DNA of 63,939 nucleotides, filler included, from Rhabdomonas costata (Eukaryota), in assembly GCA_019059605.1 (NCBI GenBank). It is 54 parts of 54 records of this genome, joined end to end, with 100 filler letters (N's around TTAATTAATTAA, not from the genome) between each part and the next. Parts side by side here need not be neighbours in the genome. Positions count along the whole stretch, not along the records: positions 59,300 to 60,384 come from JAHMHO010029382.1; positions 60,485 to 61,569 come from JAHMHO010029383.1; positions 61,670 to 62,754 come from JAHMHO010029384.1; positions 62,855 to 63,939 come from JAHMHO010029385.1; 50 more parts are not named here. One strand, 5' to 3'. A program made the position numbers and the translations under genes. A model generated the notes under the pieces. That model was not told the origin of the DNA. It did not search any database and saw only the letters and a program-made list of their open reading frames with translations. This document shows, one piece after another, positions 59,595-63,939 of the stretch; position 1 is the stretch's first letter; each line of letters starts with the position of its first letter.

Positions 59595-60858
59595 CTGCCA
59601 CAGCCCACCACAACTTTCTTTTTCCGGTACAGCCACTGCGGGCTGAAATACTCTTCACAGCGCGAAGCCAGCTTGCTCCGAGGCGATGCGTCCTGAAGCC
59701 GCTGATGCGGTAGCTTCTTCGCGCATACAGGTAGAGTTCAGCTAATGAGCCAGTCAGCATAAAAAGCCCTTCCCCCCGGTCTGCCCCCGTTCGATGCAGA
59801 GAAAGGTAGTTTCACTCACACCTGGCTTCGACCTGCCCAACACAAGCGCTATTATGAAAGACACAATCGAAGAAGCCGGTTGACAAACCGAGATTCACAT
59901 TCGCACCTTGCATTTTGACGCCTGATAAACATTTTTAGTTCTACTGGTTTGGTTGAACGACGTGGGACAATCGGCGAGGAAGGAAGGGGGGTGCAGGAGG
60001 AAGGGGAGTGAAGGGTCGCGAAACCCGTTCTTACACATGGGCCCCAAGTGCAGCCTCGTGGATGGTTGCCTTTGGGAGTGAAGGTTTGTGGAGAGCTGGG
60101 TGCACGGTTCAGAAGACAGTGCGAGATACTACGCAAACAAGCTCACACGACCTACGACGGTGACCACGTCCCCAGCTTGGCAGGACTCCACCAAGTCCTC
60201 CGTCAGGAGAACCAGCATCGAGCGGGGCACGCTGCCCAGCTCCAGCTGCGAAACCTGAGCGCAGAACACACATCATATCGAAAGCGGAACAGAAACAGCC
60301 CTGAGCCACAGCCGAAGCGGAAAACAGCGTGGTAGTAGTGTCCATCGCCATGGTTTCTTTTGGGCCGGAAGATTCCCACACAAANNNNNNNNNNNNNNNN
60401 NNNNNNNNNNNNNNNNNNNNNNNNNNNNTTAATTAATTAANNNNNNNNNNNNNNNNNNNNNNNNNNNNNNNNNNNNNNNNNNNNGGTGGGTTGTCCATGA
60501 ATTCATCAGCTGAGAGTGTTTCTTGCTCGGCTTTGGGCTTGAAACGCCACGCTTGCAAGCCCACGCCATGCCCGATTTGAATTGAGCTGACTGGGGGAAA
60601 ACTGGCCGTTAGGCGATGCTTTGCTTGCTCTTTTGCCTTCTCCCGGCTGGGGACCTTCCGGTGGCCAAGGGAAGGCCGAGCGCAATTGTTTCGGCAATAG
60701 TTGCGAAGGTAAGATAAGCGAGGGGATGGGGCTTACTGCCCGTATCCCAGCAACCGCAGGCAGACTGCAATTTCCCCACTCGTGGCTGTGCATCTCTGCG
60801 CTGCCGCTGAGGACGGCTGAGGGATGGGTGTGTGTGGGGAAATGGGGAAGCCACGCAC

Positions 60859-61050
60859 CACGGAGAGCATGAGGATGACGTGCCAGTGCAGCGCCATGCG
60901 CTGCTGCAGCACCTCCAGCAGGGAGCGCGCCGTGGCGGGGCGGTCACAGGTCGCAAACATCACCTCCCCCCCGCTGCCGCCCCACTCCAGGCCCTCCTCG
61001 CTGTGCGAGAACAGCGTGGAGGGCCAGTACTGCCACACCAGCGCTCGAAC
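60859..61050 (-). CDS. Exon, hypothetical protein
   Basis: aaacag| 64 codons VRALVWQYWPSTLF...LQQRMALHWHVILMLSV |gtgcgt; GC3-rich. Confidence 0.65.
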
Positions 61051-61669
61051 CTGTTTGTACCACACACCGGGCCTCCAGAGACACTGCGGGCTCCTGGCAG
61101 GTATCTACCCTTGGCGGCTTTTCTACCGTACGGTACGGAGGGGTTTCTCCACGGCACCCGGAACGCACATAATCTAGGGACAATCGCACTTTTTTGGAGG
61201 CCGTGGAATGCTAAGCAGTGCTAAGGTTTTTTTCGGGGGGGTTGCGGAGTAACGAAATTTGCTGTTTGCTGAGCTTCGGCGGAGGACAGCACGGAGGCTG
61301 GGTAGTTCCATGGAGAGGGGTTTGCTCCGGAAATCGGTGACCGCAGGTCCCCCCTCCCCGACGGACGCGAAACACAAGAGGATACATAACTCAAGGCAAC
61401 GGGCTAGAGGCCGCTGGAACTCCACCAAAGTGTGCAAGGCTCGTCAAGAGACGGCGCGGTACTGGGGGAATGGGCTTAGCATGCTTCGGTCCCCGGGGCG
61501 GTATGACAGAACCCGAGGTCGGAGAATCAGGGCGAGGAGTGTGATGGTGAAGGACTTCAGCACTCCACCNNNNNNNNNNNNNNNNNNNNNNNNNNNNNNN
61601 NNNNNNNNNNNNNTTAATTAATTAANNNNNNNNNNNNNNNNNNNNNNNNNNNNNNNNNNNNNNNNNNNN

Positions 61670-62754
61670 CGGAGTACCCCAGCAGAGGGGTTGTGTCCGA
61701 CAAAAAGAGATTGATAGTCTGCGACAGCATAGCCTGGACGCCGCTCCCACTTAGCTCCGAAAGTGCCACAGAGGTTTGGTACGTCCGCAGGCTATCTTCG
61801 AACTGGGAGGCTATCAATGGTCTGAGGTTGTAAGACCGCACCAGGGGAAGAACCTCCAAGAGGTTGTCGAACCTCTGCAAAAGGTCTCCGAAGATGACTC
61901 GCGAGCTTTGAGTCAGCTCCAGAGCCCCCGTGGTGGGGATACACACGAAGCAGACCACTAGGAACAGCACGCAGAGCATGGTCAGCTTCAAATCGAGCAT
62001 GGCCAGAAAGAGCAGAGCGAAAGACACCTGAAAGGCGCCATACAGGAGCCCCCAAAAGAAGCTCAGCTCAAGCCGACGCTGCATCGCAATGTCAGAGGCG
62101 AAGGCGACGCGAAGCTCTTCCTTGGAGCTCAGTTCTGGCTGCAGTGGCGGTGGTCCTGGCAAGGGCGCGGTCAACAGTACATTTTCTGCGGAAAGAGAGC
62201 ATCATAGGGTTGTCAAGGCAAACCACAAAAGCCATCAGCTGAAAAGTTACAGCATTAACTCTCTCGCTCACCAGAGGATAATTGGGACCACGGTAAGGAA
62301 TCTCTAAGTTCGCGCGAGAGGGATGCCGTTGGAATGAAGGAAAAAAGTGATGAACAAACGAACCGCTGCCAGTTGAAAAAGAAAACTCAATTCCAGAGTA
62401 TCCTGTGCCCCTCGCCGTGTTCACTCACGCGGAAAGAGAGAGAACAACTTCTCTCAGCCAGCGACATCACCGCGCCCAAGGCCCGAGCGCGGAACAGGGC
62501 TTCGCCCCGCGCCACTGCCCTGGCAATGCAGCCACAGCACAGGCATAGCGTCACGGCCTCCCACAGGCTGAGCGCTGCAAATAACCCCACAAAGACACCG
62601 AAAGGGGCGGGGGGCTTGCACTCCACAGGGGCCACGGAGGGCCGCAGGGCATCCACAAAGCCTCGTAGCAGAAGCCCCCGCAGGGGGACCGAAGCGGAGT
62701 ATAGCAGCAGCGACAGGGTCGCTGCGGCGTAGGAGGCCGGGCACAAGCTCAGGT
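61670..62754 (-). CDS. ABC transporter transmembrane-domain-like protein, two exons (about 62449-62754 and 61670-62185)
   Basis: Hydrophobic helices; FASDI...LDLKLTML...P...NLLEVLPLVRSY pattern typical of ABC membrane domains; tttccgcag| acceptor at 62186-87; upstream donor approximate. Confidence 0.6.
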
Positions 62755-63433
62755 NNNNNNNNNNNNNNNNNNNNNNNNNNNNNNNNNNNNNNNNNNNNTT
62801 AATTAATTAANNNNNNNNNNNNNNNNNNNNNNNNNNNNNNNNNNNNNNNNNNNNGGTTTTGGTGCCAAGATCGAGCCAAGCGCGCGGTGGAGGAGATTCA
62901 AGCGACCTGCGTGAGTCTCTCGGATTGCGGGACTCTTCAGGTGTTGCCCTTCTGCCCCGACCTGCGGCCCAGTGGTGAGCCTAACGTAGAGGTCTGCTGA
63001 AGTCTGCGGCTGGGTGCCTTAAACATTGGTGCGGGGTCGCACAGACCACACACTGCAGTAAATTGTGCCGCAGCTTGACCGGCTCAGTGGTTCACTTGAC
63101 GTTGGGTCTCCTAGAACCCGCCCACGAGCCAGCAGAAGTGAGTCATTACAACGTGGGTATTGGACAACAGATCGGGGCCCCTGGCACCGGGTAGCACCCC
63201 ACACACACTCCTGCACCAGTATTCCCTGTCAAAGCCGCTTCTCAGGTTGGCTTGGAGCCCGGAGTCCACCATAACATTTCCGCAATAGCAGCAGCAGCAG
63301 CTCCAGTCGCCATAGCCACCCGTCCGTGATTCAACGCAGGAAACATCGAATCCGCGCTGAGGTCTGTTTGGGTCCGTCAGAACCCCCGCCCATGAAGAGG
63401 CCTCATCGCGTGTGAAGGTCGTGGGGTTTGCAG

Positions 63434-63582
63434 GTGCTTCTTCTGGATCTCTCCGACATGGGCTCGGTTCGGCGCTTCGTGGACGACTTCCGGCGCTCCT
63501 TCTCTGCGCTTCATCTGCTGGTTAACAATGCGGGGCTTTACGATGGCGCGAACAACAAGGGGCCCCAAACGACTGCCCAAGG
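63434..63582 (+). CDS. Short-chain dehydrogenase/reductase exon (retinol dehydrogenase-like)
   Basis: tttgcag| VLLLDLSDMGSVRRFVDDFRRSFSALHLLVNNAG...TTAQG |gtgcgc; LDLxxxxSV and LVNNAG motifs. Confidence 0.92.
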
Positions 63583-63939
63583 GTGCGCCGTCCCCCGCCA
63601 ACAACCCCGTTCCTGAAACGCACACGCATACCAGCCACCCTTCACATGACTCTTGGCTGCGCGGGTAGATGGTTTAGAGTTTGGTCCTTCTTTGGGAGGC
63701 ACTGAGCACTCTGAGCATTTTCGTCCGAGGGGTGCTTTTACGGGTTGCTTTTCTGGGGTTGCTGGAGAGGTTCAGATAAGGCCAAGTTGTATTCAACCGA
63801 TCACCTCCGATCCGTTGCAGCGTGTTCTGTGGGGAGTGAAATACGATCCCATCCTCCACAGCTCGTGCCCGCTCCTGCTTGCCAAAAAGCAACCTTTTTG
63901 CCCTAACCTACCGATGGACCCCTCCCGCCACCACCCACC

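Noticed and set aside
1131-62810. Regularly spaced TTAATTAATTAA as a CRISPR-like or biological repeat array
   Set aside because: Embedded in fixed N runs; it is a standard six-frame-stop assembly linker
279-63892. Most 60-130 aa entries in the ORF track
   Set aside because: Start at GTG/TTG, overlap in several frames, lack motifs or splice context; expected by chance in eukaryotic intronic DNA

Overview
This is not a contiguous locus. It is 54 unrelated contigs of about 1.085 kb joined by 53 artificial 100-nt spacers (N44-TTAATTAATTAA-N44), so adjacency across a spacer means nothing. Most contig ends carry G/T-rich (5') or C/A-rich (3') tails and several carry fold-back inverted repeats, both typical of PCR-based whole-genome amplification. 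The DNA comes from an intron-rich eukaryote with short exons and GT-AG introns (one probable GC donor). A euglenid is my best inference, from an articulin-like exon and trans-splice-like acceptors before start codons. Recognisable exons: phytochelatin synthase, AMP deaminase, RPN12, MCM9, a PABP-type MLLE domain, ArfGAP, HECT ligases, a papain-family prodomain, an SDR, an ABC transporter membrane domain, an adenylate/guanylate cyclase, ankyrin, LRR N-cap, Cys-rich modules and a divergent dynein heavy chain. The mobile fraction includes a decayed Penelope-like RT, a Gypsy-like RNase H remnant, a tRNA 3'-end/PBS-like motif and a dispersed TIR-bounded MITE-like family. The top finding is a type III hammerhead ribozyme motif with a loop I-loop II pseudoknot at 28251-28318, downstream of an AMP deaminase exon. 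All protein calls are motif recognition by eye; no database searches were run.
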